Shown: positions 37,376-47,788 of the stretch, piece by piece | How positions within the stretch are numbered: position 1 is the first letter of the stretch | Layout of the letters: every line of letters starts with the position of its first letter | Assembly: GCA_002321895.1 (NCBI GenBank) | Contig: DCMZ01000017.1 | Location: 130,220 to 194,219 of the forward strand | Direction of reading: 5' to 3' | From: Bdellovibrionaceae bacterium UBA1609 | GTDB taxonomy: Bacteria > Bdellovibrionota > Bdellovibrionia > Bdellovibrionales > UBA1609 | DNA: 64,000 bases | Made by a program: the position numbers and the translations under genes | Notes under the pieces: generated by a model | What the model was told of the DNA's origin: nothing | The model's input: only the letters and a program-made list of their open reading frames with translations | The model's database searches: none

Positions 37376-37831
37376 TTAATCAAAAAACAGCCCAAAGTAG
37401 GCTAACCTTTGAGCTCTTCTCGCTTTCTTCTGAGCCTCCGAAGATTCCCTTCTCAAGTGATTCAGTTCATTTTTAAAGGTTTCTTTTTCGGCAAACTCTC
37501 TAACTATCTCAGCACCACCAGATTGCATAAACTGATCATAAAGGGCCTTTTCGTCCACTGACTCCCCATCTGAACTATTCAGCTGCTTCATCCAAATAAG
37601 ACACCTATAAATATCTTCTTTAGTTTTCAACTGTTCATATAGTTCTATTGGGTCAGGGGGATATAAAATATCTTGCTGAATTTGAGCTCTTTCATCATCA
37701 CTGAATTTAATATTTTTAAAAATGATTTTAAGTTGCCGTTTTTCTTCATCGGAAAACCGACCATCAAAATGGGCCACCCCAATCATTATCCTAGCAATTG
37801 TAAACAGATCCATTCTATCCCCCAAAAGCAA
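37376..37831 (-). CDS. hypothetical protein, possibly TerB-like
   Basis: ARIMIGVAHFDGRFSDEEKRQL resembles the TerB/DjlA N-terminal domain pattern. The resemblance is weak. Confidence 0.35.
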   Translation of the reverse strand: MLLGDRMDLFTIARIMIGVAHFDGRFSDEEKRQLKIIFKNIKFSDDERAQIQQDILYPPDPIELYEQLKTKEDIYRCLIWMKQLNSSDGESVDEKALYDQFMQSGGAEIVREFAEKETFKNELNHLRRESSEAQKKARRAQRLAYFGLFFD

Positions 37832-37832
37832 A

Positions 37833-38438
37833 CTAACGGCTGGCGATATTTTCAGGAGTTAAACCGGCACCTACAAAGTTTTGGTCAAAGTAGTCGGTGT
37901 CGTTCTCGCTCATAGTACGAGGTCGCACTTCGATCATAAAATAGTCATAGGAGTAAGCAAAAATTCTGTCTTCTTTTGGATAGCTCTCCAATTTAAGATT
38001 TTCAATTTGCTCTCGACATTGTTGTTTTGTGAAGGGAACATATCCACTCCCTACGACACCATAGCGCTCATTGTAGGCTTGTTCATCAAATACGATTTCA
38101 TCCAGTTCAATATAGATCCAATAGGTGCGCTCAAAGGAACCTACAGCTTCCCCATTATATAAGGGCTCTACCACTGAACCGGAAGTCTTAACTTCCATCA
38201 CACTTCCAGAACTCTTTGAAGGGCAAACATCATCTTTGTCGGACTGAATGACCTTACCACTTCTTAGGATCTTCATCTCACTATATAACTTAGAATTAGG
38301 AGCACGGAAGGTTTGCCCACCCACAGTGTTCAGAAAGGACTGGGTCACATCTTCCACTTTGGGAGATTTGTTCTTTTCTCCACAACCCACAAAAACAAAC
38401 ATCAGAATTAAAATCAGCAGACGTATCATTGCTTTCAC
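37833..38438 (-). CDS. lipoprotein, unknown function
   Basis: Signal peptide plus lipobox MFVFVGCGEK. Confidence 0.55.
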   Translation of the reverse strand: MKAMIRLLILILMFVFVGCGEKNKSPKVEDVTQSFLNTVGGQTFRAPNSKLYSEMKILRSGKVIQSDKDDVCPSKSSGSVMEVKTSGSVVEPLYNGEAVGSFERTYWIYIELDEIVFDEQAYNERYGVVGSGYVPFTKQQCREQIENLKLESYPKEDRIFAYSYDYFMIEVRPRTMSENDTDYFDQNFVGAGLTPENIASR

Positions 38439-38499
38439 CTCATTAAACAGATGGCGAAATATACCACAAACCCACCCCTATGGAGCGAGCTTGAAAACT

Positions 38500-39426
38500 T
38501 TACTGTTTGCCACGCATTTTGGGATCAAAAGCGTCCCTTAGGCCATCTCCAAATAGATTGAAGGCGAGAATCACCAGAAAGAGGATCAAGCTGGGATATA
38601 AAATCAAATGAGGGAAGCTACGTAAGCTTCTCCAGCCGTCTGAAGCCAATACACCCCAACTGGAATAGGGGGGCTGCAAACCTAACCCAATAAAACTTAG
38701 AAAACTTTCAAATAGTATGTTGGAAGGAATTTGATAGGACAGCAGAACCACAATGGGGCCTAAAATGTTGGGGAATATATGTTTTACCACAATCCAAATG
38801 CCTCGTGCTCCTAATGCATGCGAGGCCTCAACATAGGCCATCTGCTTCACCTGCAAGACCTGACCACGTACCACTCGGGCTAGCATCACCCAGCCCACAA
38901 CACTAAGAGCGGCTAAAATTCCCACGAGTGCCTTTAGTTCCGGATCATCAAAAATTTCTACAGCGTCAAAAAATACCTTAACTAAAATCAACAGTACCAA
39001 TGTGGGTATAGCGTACAAAATATCCACAAAACGCATCATGATGCTATCAAGTTTTCCACCAACATATCCGGAGACCGCACCATAAATACCACCAATCAAG
39101 AGAGATATTATTGAGGTATAGATCGCAACAGACATAGACATTTTAGCGCCGTAAATAATTCTAGAGAGCATATCTCGACCTAAACTGTCTGTTCCTAGCC
39201 AGTAGGTGCTATTTGGCGGTACCAGGGCATCATCCACATGGGGTTCATCAAAAGGATAGGGCGAAAGTTCTTCAGCGAAAATCGCCATCAAACATACCAA
39301 AACAATAAAAACCATCGAAACCACTGAGGCTTTATTTTTTAAGAGTCTATGATAGCCCTCAATCCAAAGGCTCTTTCCCTTTGGTTTAATAATACTTGTT
39401 GTTGGTGTCGTAGTTCGAGTTCCCAT
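38500..39426 (-). CDS. peptide ABC transporter permease (OppC/DppC-like)
   Basis: BPD_transp_1 pattern AYVEASHALGARGIWIVVKHIFPN with an N-terminal OppC-type TM. Confidence 0.85.
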   Translation of the reverse strand: MGTRTTTPTTSIIKPKGKSLWIEGYHRLLKNKASVVSMVFIVLVCLMAIFAEELSPYPFDEPHVDDALVPPNSTYWLGTDSLGRDMLSRIIYGAKMSMSVAIYTSIISLLIGGIYGAVSGYVGGKLDSIMMRFVDILYAIPTLVLLILVKVFFDAVEIFDDPELKALVGILAALSVVGWVMLARVVRGQVLQVKQMAYVEASHALGARGIWIVVKHIFPNILGPIVVLLSYQIPSNILFESFLSFIGLGLQPPYSSWGVLASDGWRSLRSFPHLILYPSLILFLVILAFNLFGDGLRDAFDPKMRGKQ

Positions 39427-39429
39427 AAT

Positions 39430-40515
39430 CTATTTATCCAACTTTATTCGTGGGTCGAAGTAACTATAAAGTAAGTCCACAATCAGGTTCGCTAAAACTA
39501 AAATCGCAGAGTAAAGCAATGTCATTCCAAGTATCAACGGGTAGTCTCTATTGGTTACACTTTGAATGAGGTGCTTGCCCATTCCAGGGATGGCAAACAT
39601 AAACTCGATAATAAAAGAACCCGTCAACAAACCGGAAATGAGCGGACCAGAAAAAGTCAGTGTTGGAATCAAAGAGTTCTTTAAAACATGTTTAAACAAA
39701 ATCGTCCAATACCCGAGCCCTTTTGCCTTGGCAGTACGAATATAGTCGGAATGAATCACCTCAAGAACACTAGCTCGAGTGAGCCTAGCAATCACTGCCG
39801 CAGGCCGAGTGCCCAGCGCTATCACCGGTAAGATGTAATAAGTCGGACCATCCCAAAGCGCCGCTGGTAAAAGAGACCATTCGAAACTAAATAATAAGAT
39901 AAGAACAGCGGCCACTACAAAACTCGGCAAGGCCACACCACTAATGGCTCCCACCATCGCCGTACTATCTACCCAAGAATTATGTCTTGCCGCCGCTATT
40001 AACCCAGCGGGTATTCCTATGAGATAACAAATAATCAGAGAAAAGATACCCAACTGAAAGGTAGGAGGCAGAGTTTCTGCAATCATCACAGATACAGGCC
40101 GCCCTAAGTATTTGTAGGACTCCCCTAAATCTCCTTGAGCCAATCCCAAGAGATACTTTCCATATTGAACATAAATGGGTTTATCCAGGTTATACTTAGC
40201 TTCAATACTTGCTTTAACTTCAGGTGGAAGAGCCTTCTCTTCATCAAAAGGTCCACCTGGAATGACTCGCAACAGACCAAACGTTAGAGTGGCTATCACA
40301 AACAATGTGACTCCCGCCTCTAAAAGTCTTTTAGTTACATAGGCTCCAATTTTCTGAGAATAAGTATAATAGCCGAAAAATCCTAAAACCACGATAACAT
40401 CGGCCCAGATCAAAGCCGTTGGTAATTCATAGCCAAGGAAGGAAAGCAACACACTAAAAATAAAGAGGCCCAGTGCTAGGCCTCCCATCAATTTTGCTAT
40501 TACAACTTTGCTCAC
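39430..40515 (-). CDS. peptide ABC transporter permease (OppB/DppB-like)
   Basis: DYIRTAKAKGLGYWTILFKHVLKNSLIP, 6 TM. Confidence 0.85.
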   Translation of the reverse strand: MSKVVIAKLMGGLALGLFIFSVLLSFLGYELPTALIWADVIVVLGFFGYYTYSQKIGAYVTKRLLEAGVTLFVIATLTFGLLRVIPGGPFDEEKALPPEVKASIEAKYNLDKPIYVQYGKYLLGLAQGDLGESYKYLGRPVSVMIAETLPPTFQLGIFSLIICYLIGIPAGLIAAARHNSWVDSTAMVGAISGVALPSFVVAAVLILLFSFEWSLLPAALWDGPTYYILPVIALGTRPAAVIARLTRASVLEVIHSDYIRTAKAKGLGYWTILFKHVLKNSLIPTLTFSGPLISGLLTGSFIIEFMFAIPGMGKHLIQSVTNRDYPLILGMTLLYSAILVLANLIVDLLYSYFDPRIKLDK

Positions 40516-40536
40516 TCTAGATGCTTTCGTTAACCA

Positions 40537-42123
40537 TTAGTTGGTAATTTCAATATCCTTAAACTTCATTTGAGAAATGGCATTGGCGGGAAAACCTTTC
40601 ACACGCTCATTCACCATCATGGTCTCTACCATGGTATAGATGGGAAGAACGGGAATGTCTTGCTCAACCAAAATTCTCTGCGCCTCGTCATAGAGCTTCA
40701 TACGCTCGGCATCGTTGGTTACAGATGCAGCTTTGATTACCAATTCATCAAATCGCGGATTACCCCAGTTGGTGTGATTATTATCTGAATCACTCAATAA
40801 AAAATTCATAAAGTTGTCGGGATCAGGAATGTCTGCCAACCATCCTAAGCGAAAGATATGAGGAGGGTCCGTTTGCAAACTCTCAAGATACACTTTCCAC
40901 TCTTCGTTTCTCAGCTCAATCTGAATTCCAAGCTTTGATTTCAACTGTGCCTGAACACTTTCAGCCAACCTTTTGTGATTGTCATTTGTGTTAAATGCCA
41001 AAGTGATTCTTGGGAATGTGCTTCTATCCTTATAGCCCGCTTCATCGAGAAGTTTATTAGCCATTTCCGTATTATATTTTAGGCCCATGTTTTCGTCATA
41101 GCCCTTCATCCCCTTTGGAATCCAACCTGCCAATGGAATTTGACCACCACCTAACATTTTTACGATCTCATCCTTATCAATGGCCATGCTAATGGCTTTA
41201 CGGACTTTTAAATTATCCATAGGTGCTTTTTTGGTATTAAATCCAAAGTAGAATATTCCTAAGATATTCTGATCTTCGAATTCCTTACGCTCTTTAAGTA
41301 AACTCAACTCATTTGCGGGTAGGTCCATTTGGGCATCAATGCGACCTAGATCAAACATATTTCTTGCTGTTGTCGCTTCATTGATAATGTACCCAAGGAT
41401 ATAAGGTGTTTTTGCTGGGCGACCGAAATAGGTGTCATTTTTTTCAAGAACAATGGCTTTGTCGTGCTCCCATATTTTTAATTTATAAGGACCAAGAGTC
41501 ACGATATTGCCAGCTTCCGTCCAAGTGTCGCCATGCTTTGCGATGACATCTAAACGAACAGGGAATGTTGGAACATGAGTCAACAACTGTGGAAAGAAGC
41601 TCATTGGTCTTTCCAAAGTGATTTGCAAGGTGTGGTCATTCACCACTTCGATACCCACTTGGCTTGCGTCTTTCAATTCACCTGTGGAGTAAGGCTTTGC
41701 ATTCTTAATACCAAAAATAAAGTAGGCATACTTAGCCGCTGTCTTTGGATCCAGCAATCGAAGTAGACCATCTGCAGCGTGTTGCGCAGTAAAGGCCACA
41801 CCATCCGACCATTTAATGTCCTTTTTCATCTTAAATGTCCATACGGAAGCATCACGGTTCGACATCCAAGATTCAGCCAATCCAGGTTGAAGCTCAAGCG
41901 TGTCTGAATTTAAATCATAGGTGACCAAACCTTCCATTAGATTATTTATCACAGTAGAACTGGTCGTATCTGAGGATTTTGTCCAATCCAAAGTCGGCGG
42001 TTCTGTTTGGAAGTGCATTCTAAATGTCTCATCTAGATTGAGACCGTAATCAGCGGATTGTTTTTTCTTGCAGCCGGTAACGGCCAATAGTGCGACAAAT
42101 GCACAAAGTAAATACTTGGACAT
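40537..42123 (-). CDS. family-5 peptide/nickel ABC substrate-binding lipoprotein
   Basis: I prefer the start at MSKYLLCAFVALLAVTGCKKK (lipobox). The SBP_bac_5-like body includes WSDG, which fits the SBP family-5 pattern. Confidence 0.8.
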   Translation of the reverse strand: MSKYLLCAFVALLAVTGCKKKQSADYGLNLDETFRMHFQTEPPTLDWTKSSDTTSSTVINNLMEGLVTYDLNSDTLELQPGLAESWMSNRDASVWTFKMKKDIKWSDGVAFTAQHAADGLLRLLDPKTAAKYAYFIFGIKNAKPYSTGELKDASQVGIEVVNDHTLQITLERPMSFFPQLLTHVPTFPVRLDVIAKHGDTWTEAGNIVTLGPYKLKIWEHDKAIVLEKNDTYFGRPAKTPYILGYIINEATTARNMFDLGRIDAQMDLPANELSLLKERKEFEDQNILGIFYFGFNTKKAPMDNLKVRKAISMAIDKDEIVKMLGGGQIPLAGWIPKGMKGYDENMGLKYNTEMANKLLDEAGYKDRSTFPRITLAFNTNDNHKRLAESVQAQLKSKLGIQIELRNEEWKVYLESLQTDPPHIFRLGWLADIPDPDNFMNFLLSDSDNNHTNWGNPRFDELVIKAASVTNDAERMKLYDEAQRILVEQDIPVLPIYTMVETMMVNERVKGFPANAISQMKFKDIEITN

Positions 42124-42375
42124 AGTTCCCCCCTTAAATATCCCGCAAATGTTGTCCCCCATTAGGAAACAATTATCAATAGATTGCGATGAGCATTGAT
42201 GATTTACGGAGGCTGTATTGCCACTTCTGCTACTTTAAAGGTTGTTCCTGCATTTATTTTAGACCCCTATTGATTACGACTCTGTGAAAATTATAGGAAT
42301 TCCTAAGACACAAAAACTTTTGCTTCACTAAGTTGCTTAATGAGTTCGCATACCTTTAAGAATCTTTTAGAATCT

Positions 42376-44862
42376 TTAAAGCTTATTCCAATGCTCTCTA
42401 TTTATAGGAGATCGCCCTTTTAGAACTGGCTCCACAGGTCTCACTAGAAATACGGAAGCCACATTATTGTCAGCGTAAATTTTATTATATAAGGCATAGT
42501 GCCGAGCTACCTTTTTTACATAGTTCCTAGTTTCCATAAACGGAATGTGCTCGATAAACTCATCCATCTCCACTTCACCAAATTGATGCAGCCAATTTTC
42601 CACCCGGTGTGGTCCCGCATTGTAACCTGCTGCCGCAAGCGGCAATTGTCCTTTAAACATCGTCATAAGTCGCTTTAGATATCGAGAACCCAATCGAATA
42701 TTCACTTTCGGCGTGAGCAAATCATTTACATTAAAATCATCATCGCCAATAAGAGAAGCCACTTTACGACCTGTATTTGGCATGATTTGCATTAGTCCCT
42801 TTGCTCCCACAGGAGACTCCACCGTGGCTCTGAAAAAACTCTCGGCGCGCATGATTGAAAATATGAATTCTGGAGGTACACCAAACTCTTTACTGGAATC
42901 CAAAACCTGTTCTTTATAAGGTTGCGGAAAAGCATGCTCCCATAAATACTTCACCCCTGAAATGCCATACTTCCGGCGCTGTCCTCCAAAATAGATATCG
43001 CTAACATATGCAGAACGATTATAGGCACCAATTTCTTTGTAAACTCCCATGATCGATTTTTGGTAGGTCTCGTTTCTTGTTCTTCGCTCTATTTCATAGA
43101 GCTCCCACCGTGCCGCCTCATTGAACCCAATCCGAACTAAATCACGAACACGATCAAACCGACTCGCCAACCGCGGATCTCTATAATAAGTCACAAACTC
43201 ATGCTCCGGCTCACCCTCTACAACATCATCTTTAAAAAGGCTGTGGTAGAAGTCCGAAGGCTCGTCATCAATGACGACTTTTAGGTTTTCATTGTAATCT
43301 GGATCATCTTCTTCTTCGCTATCAGACATCGCAGAACGTGGAACCGGCTGATCCTCTTCTGCAGGCACTTCTGGTAGTACAGCATCCGGAATGAGGCTCT
43401 TTTCAAGTACATTGGCAATATTTCGACCATCTTTCTCAGTCAACTTAATGGGCTGTCCCGACTCTTTGGCCAATTGAAACACTTGTTGCATGCGGAATCG
43501 AGAAGCTGTGGTGTAGTATCCCTCTGATCTTTGTAGAGAAATTTCTCGCAAATTGGCATAGGACTCTTCAAAAAGATTGAGATGCTTCTGAGCCATGGAC
43601 ATCCAATATTTAACTTTATCTACAGAAATACTGGATCTCCATCGCCAGGATCTTTTTTGTTTCCTTTGAATGTACTTAAAATCACTAATGGCACCTTCAA
43701 AGTCGCCTCGTAAATACTTTGTCCATGCGAGGTACCACTTGGCATCTCTGTACAAACTTGACCTTCTCTGGCGTGATGTCAGGCTTTCAAATCCCTGGGC
43801 CGCTAAATCATAATCTCGATTCTGATAGGAGAGAAATGCGGATCGAAACAAGGCCTTTCGCTTTTTTCGACTGGATTTAGTGTACTTCATGGCTCGCCGA
43901 TAGGTATTCTGTGCAAGATAATAATCTCCCGATCTCTGGGCGGCCTTTGCTAAAAGCATATTAAAATCAAAATTTCTTCTCTGCTCTTCGCGATACTTTA
44001 AGAGAATTGTTAGTGCTTTCCCAGGGAAACCTTGATTAATGTTGTACTCAGCGAGCAAACGATCTTTAAAAAAATCATCTAATCCCAACGCATCCACATC
44101 CAGCTTTTGAATTTCAGTAAATGCTCTGTCAGCCATACCTTCCCATTGCAGCCTACGAATGCGACGTGAACGATCTGAAAATGAAGTGGTACAGCGTGTG
44201 GCTTTTCCGGGTTCGTATTCCGCTTTAGCAAGATCTGCAGTCCAGTTTACTACAGCCGGGTATGTGGGATATCTGTGATACATTTTTCGAGCCCAGTAGC
44301 ATCCTTTGGCCCAAGATCGTCGAGCAAACTCAGTCTTCATTAAATCAAAGACCACTTTAGGATGATCAAAAGAACCTCTCCACTTTCTTTCCACATATCG
44401 AAAGTGTTTCCGAGCTGTTTTAAATCTTTTCAAATGGAAGTTGGAAAGACCCAGTTTGTATCTCGATTTGTAGACAAAATTCCTTGGCACTTTAGCATCT
44501 AAAGCTTTGCCAAAGTGAGCATTTGCCGTCTTCCATTCTCCCCTGCCAAAATAAATTTCGCCCATATAATAATGAGCATAGCCACTTAATGATCCTTTTT
44601 TAGAAATATGATGAACAAACCACTGCTCTGACTTTTGCTTTTCCGAATTCTGATAAAACAATAATCCCTGGGCGAAATCTTTAAGTCTTAAATCCGAAGG
44701 CCCCATCTTGGATTCATCCATAGATAGAAGTTCCTTCATCGATTTAGGCAGATCCCCATCTATATGCGCCTCACGCACATCCTTCCATAGGTCCTCCGCA
44801 AAACAGGGAACTAAAAAAAGTGTGACTAGAAAAGAGCAAATCGTCCGTGTGCAGCTCATCAT
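42376..44862 (-). CDS. soluble lytic murein transglycosylase (Slt70-like, superhelical/TPR-like N-domain + SLT domain)
   Basis: Signal peptide. C-terminal MRAESFFRATVESPVGAKGLMQIMP ... AAAGYNAGP (catalytic Glu-Ser motif). Confidence 0.85.
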   Translation of the reverse strand: MMSCTRTICSFLVTLFLVPCFAEDLWKDVREAHIDGDLPKSMKELLSMDESKMGPSDLRLKDFAQGLLFYQNSEKQKSEQWFVHHISKKGSLSGYAHYYMGEIYFGRGEWKTANAHFGKALDAKVPRNFVYKSRYKLGLSNFHLKRFKTARKHFRYVERKWRGSFDHPKVVFDLMKTEFARRSWAKGCYWARKMYHRYPTYPAVVNWTADLAKAEYEPGKATRCTTSFSDRSRRIRRLQWEGMADRAFTEIQKLDVDALGLDDFFKDRLLAEYNINQGFPGKALTILLKYREEQRRNFDFNMLLAKAAQRSGDYYLAQNTYRRAMKYTKSSRKKRKALFRSAFLSYQNRDYDLAAQGFESLTSRQRRSSLYRDAKWYLAWTKYLRGDFEGAISDFKYIQRKQKRSWRWRSSISVDKVKYWMSMAQKHLNLFEESYANLREISLQRSEGYYTTASRFRMQQVFQLAKESGQPIKLTEKDGRNIANVLEKSLIPDAVLPEVPAEEDQPVPRSAMSDSEEEDDPDYNENLKVVIDDEPSDFYHSLFKDDVVEGEPEHEFVTYYRDPRLASRFDRVRDLVRIGFNEAARWELYEIERRTRNETYQKSIMGVYKEIGAYNRSAYVSDIYFGGQRRKYGISGVKYLWEHAFPQPYKEQVLDSSKEFGVPPEFIFSIMRAESFFRATVESPVGAKGLMQIMPNTGRKVASLIGDDDFNVNDLLTPKVNIRLGSRYLKRLMTMFKGQLPLAAAGYNAGPHRVENWLHQFGEVEMDEFIEHIPFMETRNYVKKVARHYALYNKIYADNNVASVFLVRPVEPVLKGRSPINREHWNKL

Positions 44863-45041
44863 ATTATTCTAACCTATAGCTATCCATTGCCGTGAGCGGT
44901 TTCCTACAAACCCCTCAAAGGTACTATTGTGGTCCGAGGTGCCGGACCTCTGTAGGGTTGACGCATTGCTTTCTTTGCTATGAACTTACACACTCTTTGC
45001 TTGTCCATTGAGTTTAAAATGTAAGAATGATAGCTAGACTT

Positions 45042-46511
45042 ATGGCCAAAGCAAAAACCACATTTAGTTGTCAGGAGTGCGGATCCAGTTTTCCTAAATG
45101 GGAAGGAAAGTGTCGTGGCTGCGGCGCTTGGAATTCTCTTGTGGAAGAAGTGGCCGTTGATACCAAAAAAAGTAGCCTTAACAAAAGAGGCTGGTCCGTT
45201 TCAGATTCCGAAAACAAAAAGGGATCTCGAACCATTAAACTCAACGACAAAATTGTCGCCAAAAAAGAAAACCGTACTAGCACTGGTTTTAAAGAACTGG
45301 ATCGAGTTTTAGGCGGAGGTTTGGTCAAAGGATCTTACGCCCTACTCGGCGGCGACCCTGGTATTGGGAAATCCACACTATTATTACAAATGGCCGGAGG
45401 CCTGGCCTCTCAAGGCTTAAACTTACTTTATGTCTCGGGTGAGGAGAGCGTAGATCAAACCGGTCTTCGAGCTCAGCGTCTTGGCGTCAACTCAGAACGA
45501 GTCGAGGTGGCAGCGGAAAGTCAGCTAGAAGACATTTTAGCTATGGCAGAGATCCGAAAGCCTGACGTACTCATAGTGGACTCTATTCAGACCGTTTACC
45601 TGGCTGAATTGCAAAGCGCCCCAGGAAGCGTTTCCCAGGTGAGGGAATGTGCCGCTCGCTTAATGAGTTTAGCAAAGTCCTCTGGAATTAGTGTCTTTCT
45701 CATTGGTCATGTAACAAAAGACGGAAATATCGCTGGGCCAAAAGTTTTAGAACACATGGTCGATACGGTTTTGAGCTTTGAAGGCGACAACAGTCATCAA
45801 TTTCGGCTATTGCGAGCTTTAAAAAATAGATTTGGAGCAACAAATGAGCTCGGTGTTTTCCAAATGGAGCATGCTGGCCTCATGGAGGTCACTAATCCTA
45901 GTGAGTTTTTTCTAGAGGAACGTGGTGTTGATAGTATTGGCTCCAGTGTTTTTGCAGCCCTTGAAGGAACCCGACCACTTTTATGCGAAGTACAGGCTTT
46001 AACCACTCAAAGCACAATGCACAATCCCAGACGGACCGCTTTAGGCTTTGACGTTCAGCGTGTACACCTACTACTTGCTGTTTTAGAGCGACATAGCCCC
46101 GTACAATTGATCCACCATGATGTGTTTGTGAATATCGTGGGCGGGCTTAAACTCACTGAGCCCTGCGCCGATTTGGCCGTAGCTGCAGCTCTTATCTCAA
46201 GCTCTCAAATGCAAGAGATCAATGCCTCCACTTGTTTTTTTGGTGAAGTGGGTCTGACTGGAGAAATTCGAGCGGCCAGTTTCCCCGAAGATCGCCTAAG
46301 AGAAGCTCAAAAATTGGGATTTACGAATTTTGTTTTGCCTTTCTCTAATAAAAAACATTTGAAAAGCTTGGAGAAGAAACTTCAAGGAAGATGCTATTGG
46401 ATAAAAAACATCAATCAACTACAGCCCATTTTAAAAACATTGGCTGAAGAGAGTCTTAAAAAGTCCAGTCCAAAGAAGATAGGTTCGCCAGCTTCTGAAT
46501 TGGATATATAA
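45042..46511 (+). CDS. radA: DNA repair protein RadA
   Basis: Zn ribbon CQECG...CRGCGAWN, Walker A GGDPGIGKSTLLLQ, the KNRFG motif, and a Lon-like C-terminal domain. I prefer the start at ATG 45042. Confidence 0.95.
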   Translation: MAKAKTTFSCQECGSSFPKWEGKCRGCGAWNSLVEEVAVDTKKSSLNKRGWSVSDSENKKGSRTIKLNDKIVAKKENRTSTGFKELDRVLGGGLVKGSYALLGGDPGIGKSTLLLQMAGGLASQGLNLLYVSGEESVDQTGLRAQRLGVNSERVEVAAESQLEDILAMAEIRKPDVLIVDSIQTVYLAELQSAPGSVSQVRECAARLMSLAKSSGISVFLIGHVTKDGNIAGPKVLEHMVDTVLSFEGDNSHQFRLLRALKNRFGATNELGVFQMEHAGLMEVTNPSEFFLEERGVDSIGSSVFAALEGTRPLLCEVQALTTQSTMHNPRRTALGFDVQRVHLLLAVLERHSPVQLIHHDVFVNIVGGLKLTEPCADLAVAAALISSSQMQEINASTCFFGEVGLTGEIRAASFPEDRLREAQKLGFTNFVLPFSNKKHLKSLEKKLQGRCYWIKNINQLQPILKTLAEESLKKSSPKKIGSPASELDI

Positions 46512-46519
46512 TCTTTCCT

Positions 46520-47653
46520 ATGAAAGTGGTTTTCTTATTCACTCAGGCTTTATTTAGAGAAGCTTTTCGTCCACATGCGCGAATTTTAGCAATGGGCTTA
46601 TCTTATCTAACTCTATTTTCAATTGTTCCTGTTATAGGCCTGATTGCTCTTGCCATTGCCACTTACGATCCCTCAGTAACGGAGAGATTTCTTATGCTGC
46701 TGTTTACTCCATTGGGAGTGATGGCTCAGTACATTGTTGAAAACCTACTCGGCTTTGTGGAAAAAATTTCCTTAAAAAATATTGGCTACATTGGAATTGG
46801 TGTTGCTGTTACCTCTTGGTTCTCAATGTTACGAATGATAGAAACAGCCACCAATGAACTGTGGCACTTACACCCACGTTCCTTTCGATTTAGAAATTTA
46901 TTTTTCTACGGTTTGTTTGTTGTTATATCACCCATAGCCATCACACTCGCCACTGTGGTGATTACCCTAAAAGCGAGCCAAGACTTAAACTTCTGGCTCA
47001 TGAACTTTTTCAACCTATCCACTTCATTGAATTTTCTAGGATACTCTATGGCTTTAGTTTGTTTAGCCACTGTATTTTCCATGATCTACTTTATAGCGCC
47101 TAACTGCAGAGTTCGTATTAAACATGCCATTGTTGCGGGAATATTGGCCGCCATATCATGGGTGATCATAGGAACTCTTTTTACTCGTTTGATTTCAGTA
47201 TTTTCTAACTTTAGCCTTATCTATAGCTCATTCTCAACCATTGTCATATTTGCTCTTTGGCTTTTCGTAAGTTGGATGATTGTACTCGCTGGAGTACAGC
47301 TGACTTTTCTCCTGCACCACCCAGTTTTTATCAAAATGGATCCGGATGATTTTGCTCTTTCCTTGAAAGAACAAAAGGGATTAATGGAAAATATTTTAAA
47401 TACAGTTAGTACTTACTATGATGAGAATAAAAAGGGACTTCGAAAAAAAGAATTGGCCCGAGAGATTCCCATTCCATGGCGTGAAATAAATCTAGCTTTA
47501 TTGCGACTAGAGAAGGTCGGACTGATTCGCCGATATAGCGATCGCTTTTTTCCAACGGAAGAGAAATCGATGGAATTTTCATATGAGGAGATCTCATTGC
47601 TTCCAGAGGATAGTCATCTGGATGTGTCACGCTTCTTAGAAAAGCTTCGGTAA
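46520..47653 (+). CDS. YihY/BrkB-family membrane protein with C-terminal wHTH-like extension
   Basis: Six TM helices with a YihY-like pattern. The last ~90 aa are soluble (LRKKELAREIPIPWREINLALLRLEKVGLIRR). Confidence 0.7.
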   Translation: MKVVFLFTQALFREAFRPHARILAMGLSYLTLFSIVPVIGLIALAIATYDPSVTERFLMLLFTPLGVMAQYIVENLLGFVEKISLKNIGYIGIGVAVTSWFSMLRMIETATNELWHLHPRSFRFRNLFFYGLFVVISPIAITLATVVITLKASQDLNFWLMNFFNLSTSLNFLGYSMALVCLATVFSMIYFIAPNCRVRIKHAIVAGILAAISWVIIGTLFTRLISVFSNFSLIYSSFSTIVIFALWLFVSWMIVLAGVQLTFLLHHPVFIKMDPDDFALSLKEQKGLMENILNTVSTYYDENKKGLRKKELAREIPIPWREINLALLRLEKVGLIRRYSDRFFPTEEKSMEFSYEEISLLPEDSHLDVSRFLEKLR

Positions 47654-47788
47654 TTGTTCGGCAACGCGTCGTCATAGTCGTATAAAACACCTATGAATTT
47701 ATGGAAGCATACAGACTTCCCATGACGGACCGTAAAAACTTAATTAATCTTCTACCTATTAGATATTTAACCACCATAGGAGAGACTC

